Shown here: positions 9,001-17,069 of the stretch, one piece after another
Position numbering within the stretch: position 1 is the first letter of the stretch
How the letters are laid out: the number at the start of each line of letters is the position of its first letter
Assembly: GCA_044866005.1 (NCBI GenBank)
Contig: JBIOTN010000051.1
Coordinates: 1-34,833, forward strand
Reading direction: 5' to 3'
Length of the DNA: 34,833 bases
Source: Candidatus Rokuibacteriota bacterium
GTDB taxonomy: Bacteria; Methylomirabilota; Methylomirabilia; Rokubacteriales; DASRDR01
Notes under the pieces: model-generated
Seen by the model: the letters and a program-made list of their open reading frames with translations, nothing else
Told to the model about the DNA's origin: nothing
The model's database searches: none
Program-made: the position numbers and the translations under genes

Positions 9001-9348
9001 ATGGCGGTCGCGGAGGCGATCGGCCGGCTCATCTCGCTGACGCTCCGCATGCCGTCGCCGCTCTCCCCGCGGCGGCGGCTCGAGGAGATCATCAGCCAGC
9101 TCGCGGGCATCGGCGGCGGCCGGCCGCTCGGCTTCGGCCCTCAGCGCGTGCTCTCGCTGCCGGACGGCGTCGCGCGGGTCCTCGCCGAGCACATCGGGCA
9201 GGCCAAGGCGGAGGCGCCGGCGGCGCCGGTGGCGGTCGGTAGAGGCAAGGCGACCGCCGGCGACATCTGCCCGGAGTGCGGCCAGGCGACGTTCGTCTAC
9301 GAGGAAGGCTGCAAGAAGTGCTATGGGTGCGGCTTCAACGAGTGCTGA
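6034..9348 (+). CDS. nrdJ: Adenosylcobalamin-dependent (class II) ribonucleotide reductase, intein-containing, with C-terminal TSCPD domain and Zn ribbon
   Basis: AGGAGG (6021-6026) precedes ATG 6034. Motifs FLPNSPTLMNAG, SACYVL, SGGGTG, QGGTRRGANM, TNPCGEQ, CNLGS, RRIGLG, TIAPTGTIS and VSKTIN; C-terminus CPECG...EEGCKKCYGCGFNEC. Confidence 0.95.
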   Translation: MRAETHPKRVGKWTEQALRVLRERYLNREGDRILETPEQMCWRVATAIARAEERWGKSPAVVEEIAGAFYDLMVEGQFLPNSPTLMNAGKGNALQYSACYVLPIGDSMDEIFDAVKDAAIIHKSGGGTGFAFSRLRPKDAFVSSTGGKASGPVSFLRVFNAATEAVKQGGTRRGANMGILKVDHPDILEFIECKLDGGITNFNISVAATDRFMEALAAGEEYDLIDPHTRRVTGRLDAREVFDRIVRAAWRTGDPGMVFIDRINASPANPTPEVGMVEATNPCGEQPLLPNEACFAPHTRITTDRGLETVADLYARQQRGEPILVATNLNGSGMHIIFRPATVVDVGVKPTVRVTLTNGQQIRVTPDHRIMTSSGWKEAGTLDSADRVLIQTGIAGPLNITSTDGDLQRMFGWFTGDGWFTKSLGLTFGPDDELAFERLVPVWGRFTESSAGVQTDARTMVRCIATERQEAVEKFAAYGFLPARGPEKRLPRFVFTASKEEQIRYLQGLFGADGSKTRGKSQVTLSSASLELLRDVQLLLLNFGMRSNIKYYPHRPTGRAWGQLKVNGASYHRFLDLVGFPLTPQKQERCAQFVSQRTKQDRLAIPVASVIPDAPVEVYDVSEPVTHSLIAEGMIVHNCNLGSINVSKFALRQPDGEWTIDWAELERVVRLSVRFLDDVIEVNPYPLPEIDETVKANRRIGLGVMGWADLLFRMGVPYDSQPALDLGERLMAVIQDKAHDQSVKLAEERGPFPNWARSIYKTGRPLRNSTVTTIAPTGTISMIAGCSSGIEPVFAIAFTHKVGERVLPFINHVFAEVARDHGFHSDALMEEVARRGVVHGLAGVPEDLQRIFVTAHEIPFEWHVRHQAAFQRSTDNGVSKTINLPNEATVDDVARAYRLAWDLGCLGITVFRDGCKEGVLHVGTQVADTREPAATPAVPAAVKPRPRSLAGRTYRIETPLGVAYVVVNENGDAEPFEVFVSVGKAGSDTMAVAEAIGRLISLTLRMPSPLSPRRRLEEIISQLAGIGGGRPLGFGPQRVLSLPDGVARVLAEHIGQAKAEAPAAPVAVGRGKATAGDICPECGQATFVYEEGCKKCYGCGFNEC
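6913..7947 (+). mobile_element. Intein with LAGLIDADG homing endonuclease in NrdJ (345 aa)
   Basis: Interrupts LLPNEA|CNLGS. Starts CFAPHTRI; block B IRVTPDHRIM; LAGLIDADG-like MFGWFTGDG and YLQGLFGADG; block H LLRDVQLLLLNFGM; ends VYDVSEPVTHSLIAEGMIVHN before Cys. Visibly lower GC than the exteins. Confidence 0.95.
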
Positions 9349-9570
9349 GGCGGCCGGGCCGATAGCCATCGCATCCCCTCGTCCTCGGCCGGCGCCGATC
9401 CTCGACGTACAACCGCGTCCGCCTGCGGTCGGCGCCGGCCTGCGTCCTCGGGCTGCTCGCCTCTCGGCCCGGCCAGGTGTGATCGGCTCGCTGCTCGACC
9501 CGGCGCCTCGCGAGTGGCTCGGTCCTCGGGCGGCTCGGCTCTCGTCGCGGCCGCCGATCGTGGCCATCGC

Positions 9571-9894
9571 GTGAACCCGAAGGTGCCCGCGGCGTACGAC
9601 GAGGTGGGGCGGTGGCTCGCGAACTTCGCCGCCTCCCACGGGAAGCGCGAAGACCCCCATGCCGAGGCCCAGGTGGAGATGGGCGAGGCGCGGACCGGCC
9701 GCTCGTACGGGCTGCGCCTGGCGCTGCGCGGACGCCTCTCGCCGCCGGCCGACGCGCCGCCGCACGAGTTCGGCTACGCCGAGGTGGCCGAGGGGCGGAC
9801 CCGCTTCGCGTGGTGTGAGGCCCTGGCCCAGCGGATCCGGGCCGAGGTGCGCCGCCTGGCGGCGGACGAGCGCGAGGAGAGTCGGTCGGCCTGA
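9571..9894 (+). CDS. Hypothetical protein (~107 aa)
   Basis: Host-like GC3 codons and a globular-looking sequence (YDEVGRWLANFAASHGKRE...FAWCEALAQRIR). Start chosen at GTG 9571; the ORF track extends to 9514. Confidence 0.65.
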   Translation: MNPKVPAAYDEVGRWLANFAASHGKREDPHAEAQVEMGEARTGRSYGLRLALRGRLSPPADAPPHEFGYAEVAEGRTRFAWCEALAQRIRAEVRRLAADEREESRSA

Positions 9895-9907
9895 CGCGCG
9901 GCGCCGG

Positions 9908-10183
9908 CTACGGCGTCCAGCCGTCTTCGGCGCGGTGCAGGATCATGAATCCGAGGACCGACATCAGCGCGCGCGCCGCCTCGGGCGTCGGGGCGCGACG
10001 CTCGGCGTGCCGCCGCTCGGGGAAGGGCGGCTGACCGTCGACACGCCGGTCCAGGCTCCGCCGGTCGAGGATCACCACGGTCCCCCGACGGGTCTCCTGG
10101 CGGGGTTTGAGGAACTCGTAGAAGCTTCCCTGGTCGCGCGCGAGGATGATGAGGGTGTCCGCGCCGTCGGTGGTCGGACCCAT
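9908..10183 (-). CDS. Small hypothetical protein with tandem DRR/ERR motifs
   Basis: 91 aa, VVILDRRSLDRR...PERRHAERR. A TACAAT -10 (10199-10194) lies just upstream, and the gene converges with the previous ORF. Confidence 0.7.
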   Translation of the reverse strand: MGPTTDGADTLIILARDQGSFYEFLKPRQETRRGTVVILDRRSLDRRVDGQPPFPERRHAERRAPTPEAARALMSVLGFMILHRAEDGWTP

Positions 10184-10378
10184 CGTGAGTCTTATTGTAT
10201 TCAGGCTCGCGCAGCGCCACCAAATTTTCCGTCGGCTCGCGCGAGGGCCGGGCGCTCACGTCCCCGTGCCGCGCCCGCGGGCTAACCGGCGGCCGGTGAA
10301 GGGCATCCCCGGGCCGAACCAATCACATGGCGGCGATCGCCCCCGCCGGCGACCGGCCGCCGCCGGGCGGGCCCGCCG

Positions 10379-11923
10379 GTGACCGGGCGGCGCTGGTACG
10401 CGGCCGGCGACGTCAACGCCTTCTTCGGCCTCGTCGTGGACAATTTGACAAACCTGGTCGTCCTGACCGGACTTCTCGTCACGGTCTTCCACTTCCCGCC
10501 CGACCTGGTCCTCTACCGCATGGTGCCCGGCACGGCGATCGGCGTGCTCGTCGGCGATCTCGCCTACACCTGGCTCGCCGTGCGGCTCATGCGGGCGACG
10601 GGGCGGGCCGACGTGACCGCGATGCCCTTCGGGATCGACACGCCGTCCATGTTCGGGATCACCTTCGGCGTGATCGGCCCCACGATGGTCCTCACGCGGG
10701 ACCCGGTGCTCGCCTGGAAGGTCGGGATGGGGGCGACCGTCGCGATGGGCGTCGTCAAGCTCGTGCTCGCCTTCGGCGGCGAGTGGGTCCGGCGCGCGGT
10801 GCCCCGCGCGGGGCTCCTGGGCTCGATCGCGGGGGTCGCGATCCTCCTGATCGCCTTCCTGCCGGCCCTCAAGGTCTTCGCCGACCCGCTCGTCGGGCTC
10901 GTGGCGCTCGGGCTCATCCTGGTCTCGCTGGTCGGCGGCATCGGCCTGCCGGGGAAGGTGCCGGGGGCCCTCGCCGCCGTCGTCGCCGGCACCCTCGTCC
11001 ACCTCGCCGAGCGCGCCCTCGGAGATGGCGGCCTCGGCGGGCTGGGCGCGCCGGCGACCGCCTGGCGCCTGGCGGTGCCCTGGCCGACGCTCGCCTGGCT
11101 CGAGGCGCTGCCGGAGACCTGGGCCGCCCTGCCCGTGGCGCTGCCCTTCGCGCTGGCGACCGTCGTCGGCGGCATCGACAACACGGAGAGCGCGATCGCG
11201 GCGGGCGACCGCTACCGGACGCGGGACATCCTGCTCACCGAAGCCCTCGCGACGATCGTCGCGGGCGCCTGCGGCGGCGTGATCCAGAACACGCCCTACA
11301 TCGGCCACCCCGCCTACAAGGCGATGGGGGCGCGGGCCGGGTACACCCTCGCGACCGGCCTCGTCATCGGCGTGGGCGCCATGGCCGGCGTCGTCTCGCT
11401 CCTCGTCGGCATCGTGCCGGAGGCCGCCGTGGCGCCGATCCTGATCTTCGTGGGCCTGGAGATCACCGCCCAGGCCTTCCTCGCGACCCCCGCCCGGCAC
11501 GCGCCCGCCGTGGCCCTCGCCTTCGTCCCGGCGGTCGCCGCGCTCCTCCTCATCCAGATGGGGAGCCTCCTGGCGAGCCTCGGGCACAGTGCGCGCGACG
11601 TCCGCGGCGAGGCCGCGGTCGTGCTCGAGACGATCCGGGTCCTGGGGAACGGATTCATCCTGACCGCGCTCCTGTGGGGCTCGGCCGTTGCCCTCATCGT
11701 CGATCGCCGGCTCGCGGTCGCGGCGGCGGTCTTCGCGGTGGCGAGCGTCGGCTCGCTCGCCGGTGTGATCCACTCGCCCTTGGAGAGCGGAGGACTCTTC
11801 TGGCCGGGGAGCCTCGACTCCCGCTGGCCGGGCGCGCTCGCGGGCGGGTACGGGCTCCTCGCGGGTCTGCTCGCCCTGCTCGCGGCGTGGACGCCCCGGC
11901 CGATCCCCGCGCGCCCGGCGTGA
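10379..11923 (+). CDS. NCS2/AzgA-like (xanthine/uracil/vitamin C family) permease
   Basis: 514 aa, highly hydrophobic multi-TM protein. Motifs GDVNAFFGLVVDNL, VTAMPFGIDTPS and YIGHPAYKAMGARAGYT. Confidence 0.8.
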   Translation: MTGRRWYAAGDVNAFFGLVVDNLTNLVVLTGLLVTVFHFPPDLVLYRMVPGTAIGVLVGDLAYTWLAVRLMRATGRADVTAMPFGIDTPSMFGITFGVIGPTMVLTRDPVLAWKVGMGATVAMGVVKLVLAFGGEWVRRAVPRAGLLGSIAGVAILLIAFLPALKVFADPLVGLVALGLILVSLVGGIGLPGKVPGALAAVVAGTLVHLAERALGDGGLGGLGAPATAWRLAVPWPTLAWLEALPETWAALPVALPFALATVVGGIDNTESAIAAGDRYRTRDILLTEALATIVAGACGGVIQNTPYIGHPAYKAMGARAGYTLATGLVIGVGAMAGVVSLLVGIVPEAAVAPILIFVGLEITAQAFLATPARHAPAVALAFVPAVAALLLIQMGSLLASLGHSARDVRGEAAVVLETIRVLGNGFILTALLWGSAVALIVDRRLAVAAAVFAVASVGSLAGVIHSPLESGGLFWPGSLDSRWPGALAGGYGLLAGLLALLAAWTPRPIPARPA

Positions 11924-11932
11924 GCCCGGCGC

Positions 11933-11961
11933 TTGACCACCTCGCGGCCGCGGTGTTAGAT
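11933..11961 (+). promoter_or_regulatory. Putative sigma70 promoter for the cytochrome c gene
   Basis: TTGACC (11933-11938), 17-bp spacer, TTAGAT. Confidence 0.45.
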
Positions 11962-12028
11962 ACGGGGCAGAGTCCTTGTGAATCCGATCACGACGCGAGC
12001 TCGACCAGCCGCGAGAGAGGAGACCCCG

Positions 12029-12469
12029 ATGAGGCACGTTGCGACGCTGACCGGTCTCGCCGCCGTGGGTGCCCTGCTGGTGACGATCTGGGTGGCCAGC
12101 CCGGGGTGGTCGCAAGCCCCTCAGCCGAAGTGGGAGCTGACGAAGGAGCAGAAGGCGCGCGCCGCGAAGCTCAAGAACCCGGTGGCCGCCGACAAGAAGG
12201 CGGCGTCGATCGAGCACGGCAAGCAGCTCGCCTCGCAGAACTGCGCGCCGTGTCACGGCCCAGAGGGCAAGGGCAACGGCCCGGCCGCGGCCGCGCTGCC
12301 GAAGAGACCGGCCGACTGGACCTCGAAGACCGTCCAGGCCGAGCCCGACGCCGCCCTGTTCGTCAGGATCACGGACGGGAACCCGCCCATGCCGCCGTGG
12401 GGCAGCCTGTCCGAGACCGATCGGTGGGACCTGGTCAACTACATCAAGAGCCTCGGCAAGAAGGCGTAG
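12029..12469 (+). CDS. Periplasmic monoheme class I cytochrome c
   Basis: GAGGAG precedes ATG 12029. Signal peptide, CAPCH heme-binding motif, distal Met in PPMPPW and C-terminal WDLVNYIKSL. Confidence 0.9.
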   Translation: MRHVATLTGLAAVGALLVTIWVASPGWSQAPQPKWELTKEQKARAAKLKNPVAADKKAASIEHGKQLASQNCAPCHGPEGKGNGPAAAALPKRPADWTSKTVQAEPDAALFVRITDGNPPMPPWGSLSETDRWDLVNYIKSLGKKA

Positions 12470-12489
12470 CCGCCCCGGTCGCCGTCGCG

Positions 12490-12527
12490 CGCCCCTCGCG
12501 GGATCCCCGTGAGGGGCGTTTTCGTTT
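12490..12527 (+). terminator. Rho-independent terminator
   Basis: 13-bp stem CGCCCCTCGCGGG-atc-CCCGTGAGGGGCG (one G-U pair) followed by TTTTCGTTT. Confidence 0.8.
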
Positions 12528-12548
12528 CTGCGGCCGCGGGGCGGGGAG

Positions 12549-13658
12549 GTGACGGGCGCCGTGCGGTGCGCCGCCTGCGGGACGGCCGCGTCGGACGAGC
12601 CCGGCGCGTGGCGCTGCCGTTGCGGCGGGCCCTGGCGGCTCGAGCCCGTCGGCGCCGTCCCGGCGCTGGCGGCGCTGTCGCGCCGGCCCGCGTCTCTCTG
12701 GCGATACCGCGAGTCGCTTCCCGCGACGGGCCCCCCGGTCACGCTCGGGGAGGGCATGACGCCGCTCCTTCCGTCCCGGGACGGCCGCCTCCGCTTCAAG
12801 CTCGAGGCGACGAACCCGACCGGCTCCTTCAAGGACCGCGGCGCCGCACTCCTCCTGACCGCGCTCGCCGGGGCGGGCGTCGACGAGGTCGTGGAGGACT
12901 CCTCCGGCAACGCCGGCGCGGCGATCGCCGCCTACAGCGCGCGGGCCGGGATCCGCGCGACCATCTACGTGCCCGAGGCGACCTCCGCGGCGAAGCTCGC
13001 GCAGATCGAGGCGTACGGCGCCCGGGTGGTGCGGATCGGAGGCACGCGCGAGGACGTCGCGTGCGCCGCACAGCGAGCGCCCGGCGTCTATGCGAGCCAC
13101 TACTGGCAGCCGGCGTTCTTCCACGGGACGAAGACGGTCGCCTTCGAGCTCTGGGAGCAGCTCGGCGGCCAGGCGCCGGACTGGGTCGTGGCGCCGGTCG
13201 GTCACGGGACCTTGCTGCTCGGCCTCGCGCTCGGCTTTCACGAGCTCGAGACGGCCGGCCGAATCCCGCGGCGGCCGCGGCTCGGCGCCGTCCAGGCCGC
13301 GGCATGCGCGCCGCTGGCGGGGCCCGCCCTCGGGCGGCCGGCCGGCGACGGCGACACGGTGGCGGAAGGGATCCGCATCCGGGCGCCGGCCCGCGCGGGC
13401 GAGATCGCGGCGGCGGTCGACGAGTCGGGCGGCCGATGGGCCGTCGTGGACGAGGGGGAGATCCGCGCGGCCTGGGCTCGCCTCGCGCGCGAAGGGCTCT
13501 TCGTCGAGCCGACCGCGGCCGTCGCGCCCGCCGCGGCCTGGCGCTGGCTCGAGCGCGGTGAGCTCCCCGCGTCGGCCGTCGTCGTGGTCCCGCTCACGGG
13601 ACACGGGCTGAAGGCGGGGCGGGCGCCGGATCCTGCGGCCGCCGTGCCGCGCGCTTGA
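12549..13658 (+). CDS. Threonine synthase-like PLP-dependent enzyme (fold type II) with N-terminal Cys cluster
   Basis: CAACG...WRCRCGG, SLWRY, TLGEGMTPL, NPTGSFKDRG (PLP Lys), DSSGNAG and LTGHGLK. GGAGG RBS upstream. Confidence 0.85.
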   Translation: MTGAVRCAACGTAASDEPGAWRCRCGGPWRLEPVGAVPALAALSRRPASLWRYRESLPATGPPVTLGEGMTPLLPSRDGRLRFKLEATNPTGSFKDRGAALLLTALAGAGVDEVVEDSSGNAGAAIAAYSARAGIRATIYVPEATSAAKLAQIEAYGARVVRIGGTREDVACAAQRAPGVYASHYWQPAFFHGTKTVAFELWEQLGGQAPDWVVAPVGHGTLLLGLALGFHELETAGRIPRRPRLGAVQAAACAPLAGPALGRPAGDGDTVAEGIRIRAPARAGEIAAAVDESGGRWAVVDEGEIRAAWARLAREGLFVEPTAAVAPAAAWRWLERGELPASAVVVVPLTGHGLKAGRAPDPAAAVPRA

Positions 13659-13683
13659 CCGTCGCGTGACCCGCTCCTATAAT
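13655..13683 (+). promoter_or_regulatory. Near-consensus sigma70 promoter
   Basis: TTGACC (13655-13660), 17-bp spacer, TATAAT (13678-13683). Confidence 0.75.
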
Positions 13684-13799
13684 CGCGGCGCTCCGCGGGA
13701 TGCGCCCCGGCCCGCTTCCTCCCTGTGTCCCGCCGGTCCTGGGGTCTCGGCCCGGGGCCAGCGCCGACCCGACCGCGGTGCCGTCAGGAGGCTAGACCG

Positions 13800-15971
13800 G
13801 TGAGCGGGGGAGAGGAGTCGCTGCGGGAGATCCGCGAGGACCTCTCCCGCATTCGACGCCGTCTCGAGGAGCTGGCCGACGCGCTGCCCCGGCTCGAGCC
13901 GCCCGCGCCTGCGGCGCCGCGCCCCGTCGGCGAGCTGCTCGGCGAGGACGAGCGGCGCGATCTCCTCCCCATCGAGACCCTGCTCGGCGTCAGTCCCGAC
14001 CTCGCGCGCGACGACGCACTCCTCCTGGCGATCGATCGCGCGATCTACGGCGCGGGGGCGGACGCGGCGGCGCTGTTCCTCGCGACGCCGCGCGGAGACC
14101 TCGAGGCGGTGGCCCGTCGCGGCTTCCCGCCAGGCGCGCTACGCGTGGGGCTCGCCGAGGGACTCGTGGGCCGGGCCTTCGCCGAGCACGAGACGATCCG
14201 CGCGGGACCCGACGACCGGACCGCCGACCGGCTCCTCCGCGAGCACGGGCTCCAGGCCGCGCTCGCGCTTCCCGTGGGCCTTCCCGACCAGCCGCCGCGC
14301 GGCGTGGTCCTGGCCGGCCGACGCCGCGCGGCGCCCTTCGGCGCCGACGCGCTCGCGGCGCTCCGCCTCCTCGCGGACCGCGTCGCGGTCGTGCTGGGCG
14401 GGCGGCCGGCGGCCGGGGCGACGCCTGCCGCGGGCGGCGAGGCGGAGGCGCCCTTCGTCCCGGACCTCGACCTCGCGCGCACGGCGGCGGCCGTGGCGCA
14501 GGAGGCCGCCCGGCGGCTCGGCGCCCCCCGCGTGGCGCTCCTCCTGCCCGAGAACGACGGGCTGACGCTCGCGGCGGGCGTCGGGCTCCCGGGCGGCGCG
14601 GTCCTCCCGCCCTCCGGCGAGGAGCCTCTCCGGTCAGCGATCCGGACGGGCACGCCGTGGGTCGCGGGGGAGGGCGCGTCCGCTCCGGCGCTGGCCGACC
14701 TCCTCGGCGCCCCGCCGCGCCTGATCGTCCCGCTCGCGGTCGGGGGCCGAACCGCCGCCGTCCTGGTCGCCGGTGGTCCGAGCCCGCTCTCACTCGCGGC
14801 CCTCGCCCCGCTGGCGCCGGCGGCGGCCGCGGCCATTCGCAACGCGGAGCTGCACGCCCTGGTGATCGCCGCGCTCGCGGAGCGGCGGGGGGCGGAGGGC
14901 GAGCGGCCGGTCCCGCCGCCGCCGGTCCGCGACCTCACGAGCCTGCTGGCCGTCGTGCTCGGTCGGATCGCGCTCGTGCGCGAGCGGCTGCCCGGCGCCC
15001 CCCCGCTCCACGCGGACCTCGGCGTGGCGGAGGAAGCGGCGTGGCGGGCCGCCGAGTCGGTGCGCGGCTTCCTCGGCTTCGCCCCCGGCCACCGCACGGA
15101 CAAGCTGATCCCGCTCGACCTCACGGCCGTGATCCGGGCCGCCGTGGAGGGGGCGGAGCGTCGGTGGCGCGCGCGCGGGCGGGGGCCGGCGGTGAAGGTC
15201 GAGATCGAACCGTTGCCGCCGGTGCGCGGGAGCGCGGACGAGCTGCGGGAAGCCCTGGACCATCTCCTGGAAAACGCGGCCGAGGCCGTGGCCCCCGACA
15301 GTGTCGTGTCCGTGCGCGCCGGCTGGGATGGCGGACACCGCGTCGAGGTGACGGTCCAGGACACGGGACCGGGGATGGACGACGCCCTGCGGACGCGCGC
15401 GCTCGAGCCGTTCTTCTCGACGAAGGGCGCCGGACGCCTCGGGCTCGGGCTGCCGGTGGCGCAGGCCGTGGCCGCCCGACACCGCGGCACCCTCACGCTG
15501 TCGAGCACCCTGGGAGAGGGCACGACCGTGCGGCTCGTCCTCCCGACCTCGGCCGGGGCGCGTCTGCATGGTGCGGCCGCGGCGCCGCGGACGGGCTCGG
15601 CCCGCGTCCTCGTCGTCGAGGACGACCTGCGCGTGCGCGAAGCGCTGCTCGAGCTCCTGGGAAAGCACGGCCATGAGGCGCTGGGGGCGGCCGACGCGCG
15701 CGAGGGCCTTGCCGTCTTCGAGCGCGAGCCCGTGGACGTGGTCTTCACCGACCACGCGGTGGGCGAGCTCTCGGGGCTCGAGATCGCGCGGACGGTCAAG
15801 CGGCTCCGCCCGGGCACGCCCGTCATCCTCATCACCGGCTGGCCGGGACGCCTCGACGCGGGAGCGATCCGGGAGAGCGGCATCGACCGCGTGATCGAGA
15901 AACCCGTCGCCGCCGGCGCGGTCCTGGCCGCGCTCGAGGCCGCGCTCACGCCCCGCAGCCCGCCGCGCTGA
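13800..15971 (+). CDS. GAF-GAF-HisKA-like-HATPase-REC hybrid sensor kinase-like protein (phospho-His apparently absent)
   Basis: AGGAGG precedes GTG 13800. Two GAF-like regions; N box HLLENAAEA; G1 VQDTGPGM; F box EPFFSTK; G2 GLGL; receiver VLVVEDD...VVFTD...LITGW...EKPV. The H-box reads VRDLTSLL. Confidence 0.85.
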   Translation: MSGGEESLREIREDLSRIRRRLEELADALPRLEPPAPAAPRPVGELLGEDERRDLLPIETLLGVSPDLARDDALLLAIDRAIYGAGADAAALFLATPRGDLEAVARRGFPPGALRVGLAEGLVGRAFAEHETIRAGPDDRTADRLLREHGLQAALALPVGLPDQPPRGVVLAGRRRAAPFGADALAALRLLADRVAVVLGGRPAAGATPAAGGEAEAPFVPDLDLARTAAAVAQEAARRLGAPRVALLLPENDGLTLAAGVGLPGGAVLPPSGEEPLRSAIRTGTPWVAGEGASAPALADLLGAPPRLIVPLAVGGRTAAVLVAGGPSPLSLAALAPLAPAAAAAIRNAELHALVIAALAERRGAEGERPVPPPPVRDLTSLLAVVLGRIALVRERLPGAPPLHADLGVAEEAAWRAAESVRGFLGFAPGHRTDKLIPLDLTAVIRAAVEGAERRWRARGRGPAVKVEIEPLPPVRGSADELREALDHLLENAAEAVAPDSVVSVRAGWDGGHRVEVTVQDTGPGMDDALRTRALEPFFSTKGAGRLGLGLPVAQAVAARHRGTLTLSSTLGEGTTVRLVLPTSAGARLHGAAAAPRTGSARVLVVEDDLRVREALLELLGKHGHEALGAADAREGLAVFEREPVDVVFTDHAVGELSGLEIARTVKRLRPGTPVILITGWPGRLDAGAIRESGIDRVIEKPVAAGAVLAALEAALTPRSPPR

Positions 15972-15973
15972 CG

Positions 15974-16912
15974 GTGCGTCTTGCGGCCATCGATCTCGGG
16001 AGCAACACGATCCGTCTCCTGGTCGCCGACGCGGACCTCGCCCACGGTCTCCGCCCCGTCCACGGCCAGCAGCTCGTGGCGCGCCTCGGCGAGGGGCTCG
16101 CCGAGGCCGGCCTGCTGGCACCCGCCGCCATGGCCCGGGCCCTGGCCGCGGTCCGCGGCTATGCGGAGCGCGCGCGGGCCCTCGGCGCCGAACGCGTGGT
16201 CGCCGTCGCCACGGCCGCGGTCCGGGAGGCGCGGAATCGGGACCAGTTCGTGGCACGCCTCGAGACGGAGGCCGGAGTCGCCGTGCGCGTGGTGAGCGGC
16301 GAGGACGAGGCGCGGCTCACCCTGCTCGGGGTCATGGCCGACCTCGGGCCGGTGGCCTCACCGTTCTGCCTGGTGGACATCGGGGGCGGGAGCACCGAGC
16401 TGGTCGTCGCGCGGGAGGCGGAGACCGTGGCGGTGGTGAGCCTCAGGGTCGGGGTGGTGCCGCTGGTGGAACGGTTCCTCCACGCAGACCCGGTGGACTG
16501 GGCCGAGTACGAGGCCTGCGCGCGTCATGTCGCCGAGCGCCTCGCCGCCGAGGCCTGGCCGCGTATCCGCCCGCTCCACCCTCGAAGCATGGTCGGGACG
16601 GCGGGGACCGTCACCACGCTCGCCGCGCTCGACCTCGGGCTCGACGCCTACGATCCGGCCAGGGTGCAAGGGCACCGGCTGACCGCGCGGGCAGTGGAGG
16701 GGTTGCTCGTGCGGCTCGGGGGCCTCCACGTCGCGGAGCGGGCGCGGCTGCCCTGCCTCGAGCCGGGGCGGGCGGACCTGATCATCCCCGGGATCGCGCT
16801 CGTCCTCGGCGTCCTGACGGGGCTCGGCCTGCCCGAGGTCGTCGTGTCGGATACGGGTCTCCGGGAAGGCGTCCTGCTCGACGCGGTCGGCTGGACCCCG
16901 CCGGCCGCCTGA
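15974..16912 (+). CDS. Ppx/GppA family exopolyphosphatase (short form)
   Basis: AAIDLGSNTIRLLV, ATAAVREARN, SGEDEARL, DIGGGSTE, GTAGTVT, RADLI and GLREG. Confidence 0.93.
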   Translation: MRLAAIDLGSNTIRLLVADADLAHGLRPVHGQQLVARLGEGLAEAGLLAPAAMARALAAVRGYAERARALGAERVVAVATAAVREARNRDQFVARLETEAGVAVRVVSGEDEARLTLLGVMADLGPVASPFCLVDIGGGSTELVVAREAETVAVVSLRVGVVPLVERFLHADPVDWAEYEACARHVAERLAAEAWPRIRPLHPRSMVGTAGTVTTLAALDLGLDAYDPARVQGHRLTARAVEGLLVRLGGLHVAERARLPCLEPGRADLIIPGIALVLGVLTGLGLPEVVVSDTGLREGVLLDAVGWTPPAA

Positions 16913-16940
16913 GGGCCGGGCCCCGATGCGGGGGCCGAAC

Positions 16941-16957
16941 CCGGTACGCCCCTTGCT
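16941..16957 (+). promoter_or_regulatory. Putative sigma54 (-24/-12) promoter
   Basis: cCGGTACG-cccc-TTGCT has GG (16943-44), 10 bp, GC (16955-56), close to the consensus TGGCACG-N4-TTGC(A/T). Confidence 0.55.
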
Positions 16958-17069
16958 GCATGCGCTCCATACACGACCTTGCGCCGCCCGTATCGCCCGG
17001 AGGGGCGCGGGCGCGCGGCCCGGCAGGAGGGCTCCGGGCGATGCGGCGCCCGGCCCGAGAGTGTCGTCA

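Noticed and set aside
9381..9544. Mini-CRISPR interpretation of the degenerate repeats
   Set aside because: Only two good copies, unequal spacing, no typical repeat end, no AT-rich leader and no cas genes.
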